Shown here: positions 1-7,995 of the stretch, in pieces | How positions within the stretch are numbered: the first letter of the stretch is position 1 | Layout of the letters: the number at the start of each line of letters is the position of its first letter | Assembly (NCBI GenBank): GCA_017477855.1 | Contig: JAFUUN010000062.1 | Span: forward strand, 1-40,708 | DNA length: 40,708 nt | Source of the DNA: Rickettsiales bacterium | GTDB lineage: Bacteria > Pseudomonadota > Alphaproteobacteria > Rickettsiales > Deianiraeaceae | Direction: 5' to 3' | Notes under the pieces: generated by a model | Seen by the model: the letters and a program-made list of their open reading frames with translations, nothing else | Databases searched by the model: none | Told to the model about the DNA's origin: nothing | Program-made: the position numbers and the translations under genes

Positions 1-977
1 CTATCATTCAGCGACAACTTTGCCAAGCTTTCTTTGAGCTTTGTATAGTCCTCTGTGTCTACTGGATAGACACCGCAGAACACGACTGGTTGCACTTTTT
101 TGAACCCTTCCAGTGGCGTGGTGGTTTCATCTCCCGCGGCCACGATTGTATCACCTATGTTACAGTCCTTCACATTCTTGAAATTGGCACAGATGTAGCC
201 AACTTCGCCCGCTTTGATACTCTCACATGGCAGTTTTTTCGGTGTAAAAAATCCCAGCTGTTCTATCGTATATTCATTTCCGTTGGATAGAGTTTTTATC
301 TTTGCGCCTTTTTTTAGCTCTCCGTCAATCACGCGCACCAGCAGAATAACGCCTAAATAGACATCATACCAGGCATCAACCAGCAGAGCTTTGAGTGGAT
401 TTTCAAGCTTTCCACTTGGCGCAGGAATTTTTTCAATGACTTTCTCTAACATGTCAACAACACCTTCACCGGTTTTTCCGCTGACAAGTGAAATATCCGC
501 TGTGTCCAGTCCGATAACCTCTTCAATCTGCTTTTTGGAGTTCTCCACCTGTGCTGACGGCAAATCAATTTTATTTAGCGCCGGCATAATTTCAATTCCA
601 ACATCAATGGCTTTGTAGGCATTTGCGAGAGTTTGAGCCTCCACACCTTGCGTTGCATCAGCAAGCAGTATGCAACCTTCACAAGCCGACAGACAACGAC
701 TTACTTCATATCCAAAGTCAACATGTCCGGGCGTATCCATCAGGTTAAAGATGTATTCCTGACCACTCTTTGATTTGTATTTCAACCGTACTGTTTGCGA
801 TTTGATTGTTATACCACGCTCCTTTTCAATATCCATGCTGTCAAGCACTTGCTCTGTCATTTCGCGATCTTGCAGCCCACCGCAAATCTGAATTATCCTG
901 TCGCTGACAGTGCTCTTGCCGTGGTCTATGTGTGCGATAATTGAAAAGTTCCTTATTTTTGAATTGTCGTAGGGCAC
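1..977 (-). CDS. lepA: Elongation factor 4 (LepA), N-terminal ~325 codons; the 3' end runs off the window
   Basis: Not in the ORF track (GTG start at 977-975, frame open to position 1). My minus-strand translation reads [107 protein letters not shown], and at the window edge ..[16 protein letters not shown]. These are GTPase G1-G4 motifs plus LepA-typical signatures. Confidence 0.9.
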   Translation of the reverse strand, partial: MPYDNSKIRNFSIIAHIDHGKSTVSDRIIQICGGLQDREMTEQVLDSMDIEKERGITIKSQTVRLKYKSKSGQEYIFNLMDTPGHVDFGYEVSRCLSACEGCILLADATQGVEAQTLANAYKAIDVGIEIMPALNKIDLPSAQVENSKKQIEEVIGLDTADISLVSGKTGEGVVDMLEKVIEKIPAPSGKLENPLKALLVDAWYDVYLGVILLVRVIDGELKKGAKIKTLSNGNEYTIEQLGFFTPKKLPCESIKAGEVGYICANFKNVKDCNIGDTIVAAGDETTTPLEGFKKVQPVVFCGVYPVDTEDYTKLKESLAKLSLND

Positions 978-1019
978 GGCAAGATTGTGTAAGTGGAGTT
1001 TTTATTTTCAAGATTAGTT

Positions 1020-2081
1020 TTAATGAACCGCCAACTTGCTACATTCGCTCGTTTCATTTTTCCATTTGTTGTAATTATTTAAGAAATCCTCCTGTGTTAT
1101 TAACGGTTTTTTAGCATACCATATACCATTGAAGTTAAATTTATAAGGCAACATTACATATAATAGGTCATCTATAACAAATGTTTGATTAAATATATGA
1201 TTTTGAACGAATTCAGTAATTTGTCTTGCGCCTTCATTTGATACAATGTATGCGGTTCCCATATGCGTTTTGAATACATTTGATATGAAATACTTATTGC
1301 TTCCGTATTTAAAAAAAGATTTTATGAAATCTCTTTTCTTAATCTTCAATCTATTTTTTACTCCATGTCCGAATTCCGAGAAGATATCAAGTTTAAGTAT
1401 ATTAAAATTCATTGGAGTTTGTGACAAATATTTGTCTAAATCATCATAAAAGCTATCTGGCTTCATTATTTCAAAATCATCTTCTAAAATCAACCCCATG
1501 GCATATCCTTTTTCCGCAATGTCTTTTATTGCCCTCAGATGTGAAAAAGTTGCTCCTATATGTCCTATTGTTATAAATGCTGTTCCTCCACTCGCACGTT
1601 GCCATTTTTGTCTTTCCGTCGGAAAAGCAACACTTGGTCTATATTTGATTACAAATTTTGGATCTTTAATATCATAAATATGATATAAATTATTCAATTC
1701 AAAATGTCGTTCTTTGTTGATAAATTGCTTTCCCGTCATCCTTTCGTTTTTAGTTTTATTTATGATAATTAAATCCTTTGTTGCATCGGTCGTTTTAAAT
1801 CTAATTTCATCAAAGCTTTTTCCAAGAAACTCATTACCAAAGGTCTTTTTCAATCTTTCCTCGTATTTGTTTCGTCTTTCAATGCTCCTATCCATGTTAA
1901 GTACATAAACATTTTCTATGGCAGATCTATTAAACCTGACCAATGTTTGTTTTTGGGTAATAAAAAAATAATACAATATCGGGAATATTAAAATCTGCAA
2001 CAACACAAATGCAAATAGTAGTAAAAAACGTTTCTTTTTGCTATCCATGCAAAAACCTATCTTTCTCTCTAAATAAGTCAT
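1020..2081 (-). CDS. Glycosyltransferase family 25 (LPS/LOS-type beta-glycosyltransferase) with an N-terminal transmembrane anchor
   Basis: VYVLNMDRSIERRNKYEERL matches the GT25 opening motif (I.VINL.RS.eR). GHIGATFSHLRAIKDIAEKGYAMGLILEDDFEI matches the GT25 (C)alSH...ilEDD block. The hydrophobic segment FLLLFAFVLLQILIFPILYYFFI follows KKKR. An alternative start is Met12 (coordinate 2048). Confidence 0.75.
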   Translation of the reverse strand: MTYLERKIGFCMDSKKKRFLLLFAFVLLQILIFPILYYFFITQKQTLVRFNRSAIENVYVLNMDRSIERRNKYEERLKKTFGNEFLGKSFDEIRFKTTDATKDLIIINKTKNERMTGKQFINKERHFELNNLYHIYDIKDPKFVIKYRPSVAFPTERQKWQRASGGTAFITIGHIGATFSHLRAIKDIAEKGYAMGLILEDDFEIMKPDSFYDDLDKYLSQTPMNFNILKLDIFSEFGHGVKNRLKIKKRDFIKSFFKYGSNKYFISNVFKTHMGTAYIVSNEGARQITEFVQNHIFNQTFVIDDLLYVMLPYKFNFNGIWYAKKPLITQEDFLNNYNKWKNETSECSKLAVH

Positions 2082-2090
2082 AAAATTAAA

Positions 2091-3176
2091 TCATTCTGCG
2101 AAATATCTTCCCATCTTCGTATCAACACTTTTTGGTTCTATTGCTTCATCGTTATCAATATTTATCTTAATCCAATCATCAGGATAAATATTTAATGATG
2201 TTTGCAATAACGTTTTATTAATCTTACCATCATCCTTATAAAACCTGTTCGGACAAACCACAATTTTGTTTGGATTTTTGTTTAGCATTCCTGCCCAAAT
2301 TGCAAATGTTGAGTTTGAAACAATATTGTGCTTTGCACTTGCTGACAAAATCAAGTTAAGATATGGCTTTTCCAGTGGGTTAATGTCAACATATGTATGT
2401 GGTTTATTTGGTTTGAAATATTTTTTTGCACCTTCTATGTCATCTGAAAAGATGTAATAATGCACATCTTTCATCTTGTCAAAAACTTTCATTGCCTTTT
2501 TGTAGTAGTCAAAGTTGCAGATATTATGTCTTTTGTATTGAAGGAAATCACCAAGTCGTATATTTATAACGACAGAATTTTTGCGTGATTGCATTTCTTT
2601 TATCATTGCAAGATTTTTATCATCCAATTCATCCTTGTATTTATCAGACAATGTTGTGAACATTTTTTGTATATCTTTTTCATAACCTTTGAAATATTCT
2701 GCATTTTCCAATACCTGTGTCATGTAAATCCCAATGTTTTTTCTAAAACAGTTTTCATCATAATCATATTGCTTTTCATTGCAATCTTTCCATTTCAATC
2801 TTAATAACTTGTTTTTTCTAATAAATCGTTTTTCTAAAAAGTTTGCATTCCATTTCTCTGCATTGACATCAAATTTATCAAAATACCATCTCACCCAAAC
2901 TCTATTTTTCTTATTGTTTTTAGCAAGTTTCACTTCCTTGTCAATAATATGAGTATCATACAAAACCTTCATGCCGGTTTTCTTTTCCAGAGCATAACCA
3001 AAGGCTACCTGATACAACTGATTTCCTGGGCCTCCCCACAATCTAATAATTCTTGTGTTTTTATATTTATTGTTTAGATATGCTGTATATGAAAAAAAAG
3101 CTGCAATCAATAAAACGAGTGCAACAACTGGAACATATATGTATATCTTCTTGTTGAATTTACCACAGCTCTTCAT
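2091..3176 (-). CDS. Glycosyltransferase family 11 (alpha-1,2-fucosyltransferase-like) with an N-terminal transmembrane anchor
   Basis: LWGGPGNQLYQVAFGYAL (GT11 GGLGNQmFQYAF motif), VVINIRLGDF (HIRRGDY motif) and IVSNSTFAIWAGML (SNSTfSWWAA motif). The N-terminal hydrophobic stretch is IYIYVPVVALVLLIAAFFSYTAYL. Confidence 0.8.
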   Translation of the reverse strand: MKSCGKFNKKIYIYVPVVALVLLIAAFFSYTAYLNNKYKNTRIIRLWGGPGNQLYQVAFGYALEKKTGMKVLYDTHIIDKEVKLAKNNKKNRVWVRWYFDKFDVNAEKWNANFLEKRFIRKNKLLRLKWKDCNEKQYDYDENCFRKNIGIYMTQVLENAEYFKGYEKDIQKMFTTLSDKYKDELDDKNLAMIKEMQSRKNSVVINIRLGDFLQYKRHNICNFDYYKKAMKVFDKMKDVHYYIFSDDIEGAKKYFKPNKPHTYVDINPLEKPYLNLILSASAKHNIVSNSTFAIWAGMLNKNPNKIVVCPNRFYKDDGKINKTLLQTSLNIYPDDWIKINIDNDEAIEPKSVDTKMGRYFAE

Positions 3177-3182
3177 GTATTA

Positions 3183-4202
3183 TTAGTCCTGAAACATCTT
3201 CACCAACTTCAACAACTCATCTGCATTTTTATAATCAACCTCCAATTTACCACTGCCATCTTGGTTGAGTTTGAGCTTCACATCAAATCCGCTGTTTTGT
3301 TTGAGGTAGTTCTCAATGGCCCGAAGGTTGTTGTCTATTGACTGGCGCTCTTCCCTTGTAAGCTGTTGTGTATCAGACCCACTATCTTCATCTTCCGTAT
3401 CATGTTCTTCGCTCTGTTTTTGAAGAGGACTATACATCTGCTTTATCATGTCAAATGTAATATTTGCTGGGTTTTGACCGTCATCTTCTTCATCCTCATC
3501 CTCTTCCTTACCACCATTCTCAATAAGCTTTTCCAGCTGACGAATTGACAATTGTTTTGTGATTATATCATCAAGATATTTTGAAGGATCATCTGTTCCA
3601 AGCAAAACTTTTGCGTGACCTAACGTAATATTTCCATTTTTGATTGCGATAATAACCTCACTTGGAAGATTTAGAATTCGCAACAAATTGGTAATATGAC
3701 TACGGCTTTTGCCTACTTCCTTAGCCAGTTGGTCGTGCGTGTAGCCAAAATCTTCAATGATATGCTTGTAGCCATTGGCCTCTTCAACAGGGTTTAGATC
3801 TTCTCTTTGTACGTTTTCAATAATTGCATTTTTCAGAATATCCTTCTCCGCAATGTCAATTATAACTGCCTTTATCTTTTCAAGACCAGCTAATTTTGTA
3901 GCACGATAGCGGCGCTCACCTGCTATAATAATATATTTTCCGCTGTTCTCATTTTGTCCTTTGGCAACGATGATGGGTTGCAGAAGACCACTGTGCTTGA
4001 TGGAGTTGCTAAGCTCGCGCAGTTTTGCATCATCAAATGTTTTACGTGGCTGATTTGGATTTGGAATGATATTTTCAATCAGCAATTCTTTCAGGCCAAA
4101 GCTACTGTCACCGTTTATAAATGTACTTTTGTTGTTATCCAATTCCTCATCATCAATGGCAAGCAAACTTGCTATACCTCGCCCGAGCTTTCTGTCAGTC
4201 AT
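3183..4202 (-). CDS. parB: Chromosome partitioning protein ParB
   Basis: RGIASLL N-terminus, IPNPNQPRK box, QPIIV...YIIIAGERRYRA ParB box, and HTH segment DQLAKEVGKSRSHITNLLRIL. An acidic low-complexity insert (EEDEDEEDD..DTEDEDSGSD) precedes the C-terminal dimerisation region. No parA lies upstream. Confidence 0.9.
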   Translation of the reverse strand: MTDRKLGRGIASLLAIDDEELDNNKSTFINGDSSFGLKELLIENIIPNPNQPRKTFDDAKLRELSNSIKHSGLLQPIIVAKGQNENSGKYIIIAGERRYRATKLAGLEKIKAVIIDIAEKDILKNAIIENVQREDLNPVEEANGYKHIIEDFGYTHDQLAKEVGKSRSHITNLLRILNLPSEVIIAIKNGNITLGHAKVLLGTDDPSKYLDDIITKQLSIRQLEKLIENGGKEEDEDEEDDGQNPANITFDMIKQMYSPLQKQSEEHDTEDEDSGSDTQQLTREERQSIDNNLRAIENYLKQNSGFDVKLKLNQDGSGKLEVDYKNADELLKLVKMFQD

Positions 4203-4252
4203 CTGCTGGTGGTTATAAGTAGGTTTGTAAAAATCAAGTTTTTATTATTTTT

Positions 4253-4338
4253 GCCGTTGCGCTGCCCGAGGCCACGCCCTCGCCGTTTGGCTGCGCCTCG
4301 TTCCTCGTCGGCCAAACGCGCTCCGCGCCGCGCAACAA
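4253..4338 (+). repeat. GC-rich palindromic intergenic element, short-core type
   Basis: (tt)gccGTTGCGCTGCCCGAGGCCACGCCCTCGCCGTTTGGCTGCGCCTCGTTCCTCGTCGGCCAAACGCGCTCCGCGCCGCGCAACAA. The termini are inverted repeats and there is an internal GTTTGGC/GCCAAAC stem. It lies between the parB start and tRNA-Lys. Confidence 0.9.
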
Positions 4339-4406
4339 TATTACTATTCCGCAAATTGGAAAATTCCCTTGCATTTTAAATTTTATCTTTTTCAGTCAAT
4401 ACTGTC

Positions 4407-4479
4407 GGGCATGTAGCTCAGCTGGTAGAGCAGTTGACTTTTAATCAATTGGTCGTGGGTTCGAATCCCACCGTGCCCA
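4407..4479 (+). tRNA. tRNA-Lys (anticodon UUU), 73 nt, CCA not encoded
   Basis: Manual cloverleaf: acceptor GGGCATG/CGTGCCC (one G-U pair), D arm GCTC-AGCTGGTA-GAGC, anticodon arm GTTGA-CTTTTAA-TCAAT (anticodon TTT at 4440-4442), variable loop TGGTC, T arm GTGGG-TTCGAAT-CCCAC, discriminator A. Confidence 0.9.
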
Positions 4480-4486
4480 CTTTGTT

Positions 4487-5923
4487 GTGTTTATGCCAGA
4501 GCTATCCAAAGAGAAAAGTGAAAACTGGAAAAACAAACTCTACATCGCAGACAATCTTGACGTTTTGAATGGATTAAATAGTGAAAGTGTTGATTTGGTT
4601 TATCTTGATCCGCCGTTTAACTCCAACAGGATTTATGGCAGCACAATGGAACGCAACAGCACGGTATTTAGTGATATTTGGAATTGGAGCGACATTGATG
4701 AATACAAGCTTGACATCATCGCAAATGACTTCCCAGAGCTGGCAGATTATATTGAAATTATTGACAGAATAAGTGATATTCACATGAAGTCATATATCGT
4801 TTATATGGCTCAAAGGGTTATTCAACTAAAACGAATTTTGAAAGATACAGGTTCAATCTACTATCACTGCGACCCAACAGCAGTGCACTTCGTCAAGTTG
4901 ATGTTGGATGGGATTTTTGGGAAAAATAATTTTAGGAATGAGATAAAATGGACTTACAATACCTATTTAGGCAAGGTTGACACGCTAAAATACTTTCCAC
5001 GCAAAACTGATTTGATATATTTTTATAGCAAGAATTACAAGGATTACTACTTTAACAAAGTGCCATTTGGTGAGAATTTTCAAGATACGGTTGACGGCAA
5101 ACGATGGAAGAAATATCTGACAGAAGATGGAACAATTCTTGAAGGACAACATCCAAAAACTGATATAAGATTTAAGGCATACAGAGATAAGTGGATAAGA
5201 GAGCATGGCAGGAAACCACAAAAAGGCGAAGCGATTTACTCTTGCAAAGGAACAATAATTACTGATTGCTGGACTGATTTGAAGGCAGTTGATCCAAAAT
5301 CAAAAGAGAATACAGGCCAACTAACCCAAAAACCCCTTGCCTTACTTGAAAGAATAATAGAAGCATCTTGTCCTGAAAATGGAGTTGTTCTTGACCCATT
5401 TTGTGGGTGCGCAACCACTTGCGTAGCAGCTCAAAGATTGAAGAGAAAGTGGATTGGGATTGACATCTGCGACCTTGCGATGGACTTGTTGACACACAGA
5501 TTGGAGCAGGATGGGTATTTTAAGGATAGAAAAGTTAAGGATCTTGACATGAAAATCAAGGAGCAGGGAGAGGATTTTGACATTTTGAACTGCATAGATA
5601 AAAAGTCAAAGAACTATTCTCCACTGCCACGCAGGACTGATGTTGAGGAGCAAAATTTGAACGAACCGAAGACAAAAAGGGCAATCAAAGAGGTTTTGTA
5701 TCAACAGCAGGAGCACAAGTGCAATGGCTGTGGAAGAGTGCTGGATATTGATTTGCTGGAAATAGACCATATTGTTCCAAAGTCGCATGGAGGTGGAGAT
5801 TATATGGAGAATTATCAGTTGCTGTGTGGGTCTTGTAATAAAATCAAGGGTGCCAAGCCAATGGAGTTCCTTCTGCAAAGAGTGGAGTTGATAAGAAGAG
5901 AGAGGAGAAAGAGGGAGTATTAG
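4487..5923 (+). CDS. Beta-class N6-adenine/N4-cytosine DNA methyltransferase fused to a C-terminal HNH endonuclease domain
   Basis: Motif IV SVDLVYLDPPFNS lies near the N-terminus. TQKPLALLERII plus motif I VVLDPFCGCATTCVAAQRLKRKWIGIDI follow later, which is the beta-class order (PF01555-type). The C-terminus HKCNGCGRVLDIDLLEIDHIVPKSHGGGDYMENYQLLCGSCNKIKG is a canonical CxxC..DH..N..CxxC HNH motif. The track start is GTG 4487; ATG 4493 is the alternative. Either lies only 8-14 nt after the tRNA 3' end. Confidence 0.85.
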   Translation: MFMPELSKEKSENWKNKLYIADNLDVLNGLNSESVDLVYLDPPFNSNRIYGSTMERNSTVFSDIWNWSDIDEYKLDIIANDFPELADYIEIIDRISDIHMKSYIVYMAQRVIQLKRILKDTGSIYYHCDPTAVHFVKLMLDGIFGKNNFRNEIKWTYNTYLGKVDTLKYFPRKTDLIYFYSKNYKDYYFNKVPFGENFQDTVDGKRWKKYLTEDGTILEGQHPKTDIRFKAYRDKWIREHGRKPQKGEAIYSCKGTIITDCWTDLKAVDPKSKENTGQLTQKPLALLERIIEASCPENGVVLDPFCGCATTCVAAQRLKRKWIGIDICDLAMDLLTHRLEQDGYFKDRKVKDLDMKIKEQGEDFDILNCIDKKSKNYSPLPRRTDVEEQNLNEPKTKRAIKEVLYQQQEHKCNGCGRVLDIDLLEIDHIVPKSHGGGDYMENYQLLCGSCNKIKGAKPMEFLLQRVELIRRERRKREY

Positions 5924-6010
5924 AGAGAGGTGATAACGTATGTCTCTGCACCAAGCATTGCTTGCAATGCAAAAGCCACTGCTATAATAAATGCATAGTG
6001 GAAAATTTCC

Positions 6011-6688
6011 TCATCTCCTCTCCAACCTCCCTCCCTTAACCTCATACACATCATCAAAGCGGTCATTAAAGTCGTGGCTGTGAGAGACCATAAGGAGTGC
6101 AATATTGTTTTTCTTTACCAGTTCAAGCATTTCGTTCACAACAAACGCAGACATCTCGTTGTCAAGATTGCCAGTTGGCTCGTCTGCAAGGATGATGAGT
6201 GGCTTTTTGATAATCGCTCTGGCAATGGCAATGCGCTGGCGCTCGCCGCCGGACAGCTCGTTTGGCATGGCCTCAGCGCGGTGCGACATTTTCAGCATAT
6301 CCAGCATTTCCATGGCTCGGTTCTCGGCCTTCTTGCGGCTCACATTGCAAATCAGTTGCGGAATTATCAAGTTCTCCTTGGCCGTGAAGTCATTGAATAA
6401 GTAGTGAAACTGGTAGATAAAACCAATCTTTTTTCTCAACAGTTGATTGCGTTTGTCAGCCGACATTTTCGTAGCGTTTTGCTCGTCAATCCAAATTTCA
6501 CCACTTGTTGGCTCTTGAATTAGTCCTGCAATTTGCAAAAATGTGCTCTTTCCACAACCAGAATTTCCAAGCAACAGCGCGCTTTTTCCGCGCTCAATCT
6601 GCAAACTTGCATCAACCAACACGTCATGGCTTGTATCGCCGTCAATGTATTTTTTTGTGATATGTTTTGCTTCCAGAGCGAGAGGCAT
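6011..6688 (-). CDS. lolD: Lipoprotein-release ABC transporter ATP-binding protein LolD
   Basis: Walker A GNSGCGKST, the LolD-typical block IGFIYQFHYLFNDFTAKEN (E. coli LolD has LGFIYQFHHLLPDFTALEN), signature LSGGERQRIAIARA and Walker B ILADEPTGNLD. No lolC/lolE permease gene is adjacent in this window. Confidence 0.8.
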   Translation of the reverse strand: MPLALEAKHITKKYIDGDTSHDVLVDASLQIERGKSALLLGNSGCGKSTFLQIAGLIQEPTSGEIWIDEQNATKMSADKRNQLLRKKIGFIYQFHYLFNDFTAKENLIIPQLICNVSRKKAENRAMEMLDMLKMSHRAEAMPNELSGGERQRIAIARAIIKKPLIILADEPTGNLDNEMSAFVVNEMLELVKKNNIALLMVSHSHDFNDRFDDVYEVKGGRLERR

Positions 6689-6690
6689 AG

Positions 6691-7656
6691 CTATTTCTTC
6701 CTTTTTAGAAGCTCATTTTTTTTGTCAACCCATTTTTTCCATGCATCATCGTTTGGAAGCGCGGCATATTGATATTCCGGTCTCATTTTAATCTTTTTCC
6801 ATCTCATTCTTCTATTGAAAGAGTGATTTTTTGTATAAATTTCTTCTCTCCAATTTCCATATATTCTATCAAATACAGCTTCGGCATTATTTTTACATTT
6901 TAAAGTTAATGGACCAAATTGACATTGTCTAATTGGAAATATTTCCTCTTTTGTTTGCCAATAATCATAGAAATGACATCCGCATCCATTCGGATGTTCT
7001 AATTTGTGTTTTCCTCCGCATTGTAAATATCTATACCTATAATGAGGCTGACAGTTGTCTCCATCACAACATTTTTCCGTTACAAATATATCAATTACAA
7101 CACCTTTGTGAATTTGTAGTTTGATACGCTTATCAACAAGATATCTATCTTCAAGATTATGCTGTTTTATTTCCTTGTTTAGCACATTATAAACTTTATT
7201 CCTATCATAATATACCTCAACGTCCGCGTCATCATCCCAAGGTATAAATCCGCCATGACGAATAGCCCCAAGCTCCGTTCCGCTATCTATTGTATATGGA
7301 ATGTGATATTTTGTAAAAACATAATCCATAAATGCCAATAATTCATATGTTTCATTCACATATTTCTGCGGCATCAAATCGTTTTTTAAAATTTTACTTT
7401 GTGTATATAACTTAATCAACGGATTACACTCCAGAATAGCAAATATTTTTGTACTTCTGAATAAACAGGAGGTTTTTCTAAAACTCTTTACATCACTTGC
7501 ATGGTGATTTTCCCAGTCATTACGACAATTCTCACTTGTATAATAATTATAACACAAAATATAAGCCAAAATCCAAAAAGGGACAAAAACTAAAAACAGT
7601 ACAACAATTATGCTTCTAACCAAGAGTTTTACTCCTCTCTCTCTCTCTCTGCGCAT
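6691..7656 (-). CDS. LicD-family phosphotransferase (fukutin/FKRP-like), N-terminal TM anchor, paralog 1
   Basis: GTELGAIRHGGFIPWDDDADVEV matches the LicD GT.LGA.RH.GFIPWDDD.D motif. The N-terminal hydrophobic segment is IIVVLFLVFVPFWILAYILCY. There is a Cys-rich C-terminal half. The tail ALPNDDAWKKWVDKKNELLKRKK is shared with the downstream paralog. Confidence 0.75.
   Translation of the reverse strand: MRRERERGVKLLVRSIIVVLFLVFVPFWILAYILCYNYYTSENCRNDWENHHASDVKSFRKTSCLFRSTKIFAILECNPLIKLYTQSKILKNDLMPQKYVNETYELLAFMDYVFTKYHIPYTIDSGTELGAIRHGGFIPWDDDADVEVYYDRNKVYNVLNKEIKQHNLEDRYLVDKRIKLQIHKGVVIDIFVTEKCCDGDNCQPHYRYRYLQCGGKHKLEHPNGCGCHFYDYWQTKEEIFPIRQCQFGPLTLKCKNNAEAVFDRIYGNWREEIYTKNHSFNRRMRWKKIKMRPEYQYAALPNDDAWKKWVDKKNELLKRKK
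7635..7650 (-). repeat. (AG)8 dinucleotide tract, (CT)8 on the + strand, in codons 3-8 of the LicD paralog 1 gene
   Basis: Plus strand 7635-7650 is ctctctctctctctct. The coding strand reads ATG CGC AGA GAG AGA GAG AGA GGA (MRRERERG). Confidence 0.95.
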
Positions 7657-7724
7657 AAAAATACAAACTATTGATTATATGCTTTTTTATTTTTCAACAA
7701 TTTTTTTATATTTATTGTTGCGCT

Positions 7725-7812
7725 GCCCGAGGCCACGCCCTCGCCGTTTGCAATCTCCTCGTTCCGCTACGCTCCACTTCGTCCAGCAAACGCGCTCCGC
7801 GCCGCGCAACAA
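7725..7812 (+). repeat. GC-rich palindromic intergenic element, CAATCTCC-core type, followed by an extra right-arm fragment at 7819-7837
   Basis: TTGTTGCGCTGCCCGAGGCCACGCCCTCGCCGTTTGCAATCTCCTCGTTCCGCTACGCTCCACTTCGTCCAGCAAACGCGCTCCGCGCCGCGCAACAA. The following cagctccacgctggcgcaac resembles a second right arm. It lies between the two LicD paralogs. Confidence 0.9.
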
Positions 7813-7995
7813 AAGCCCAGCTCCACGCTGGCGCAACTTATCTTATTTTTCTGATTTTTAAATATAATAATGCCCGTCTTCCATTTTTGGTATCACGATA
7901 TTTAAAATACACATGTGCGATATATCCAATAATAAAAACATAGAACAATATTCTTTCTGCAACAAAAACCTTGCAGAATACTATAAATGCTTTTT

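Noticed and set aside
3954-4379. Arg/Pro/Ala-rich ORFs in the track containing ..CPRPRPRRL.., ..ARAWPRAAQ.. or ..RGRGRGRR.. peptides. They include 3954-4379, 7610-7861, 7671-7943, 14112-14321, 17421-17606, 27109-27375, 28573-29085, 28699-28902, 29525-29833 and 35435-35689.
   Set aside because: They exist only because they read through the GC-rich palindromic elements, which lack stops. The same peptide recurs in different frames and strands, and the flanks are AT-rich non-coding sequence or antisense to real genes.
3183-4406. parS site near parB
   Set aside because: I looked for the TGTTNCACGTGAAACA-type palindrome. The CACGTG cores I found by eye (e.g. near 10751, 19845, 36211, 38370) are all inside genes and lack the flanking GTTTCAC/GTGAAAC arms.
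5924-6010. Direct repeat of the tRNA-Lys 3' end (att site) marking a genomic island that carries the methyltransferase-HNH gene
   Set aside because: No copy of the tRNA 3' segment (GGTTCGAATCCCACCGTGCCCA or a substantial part of it) is visible between the methyltransferase stop and lolD. No integrase is present. Island status is therefore unsupported.
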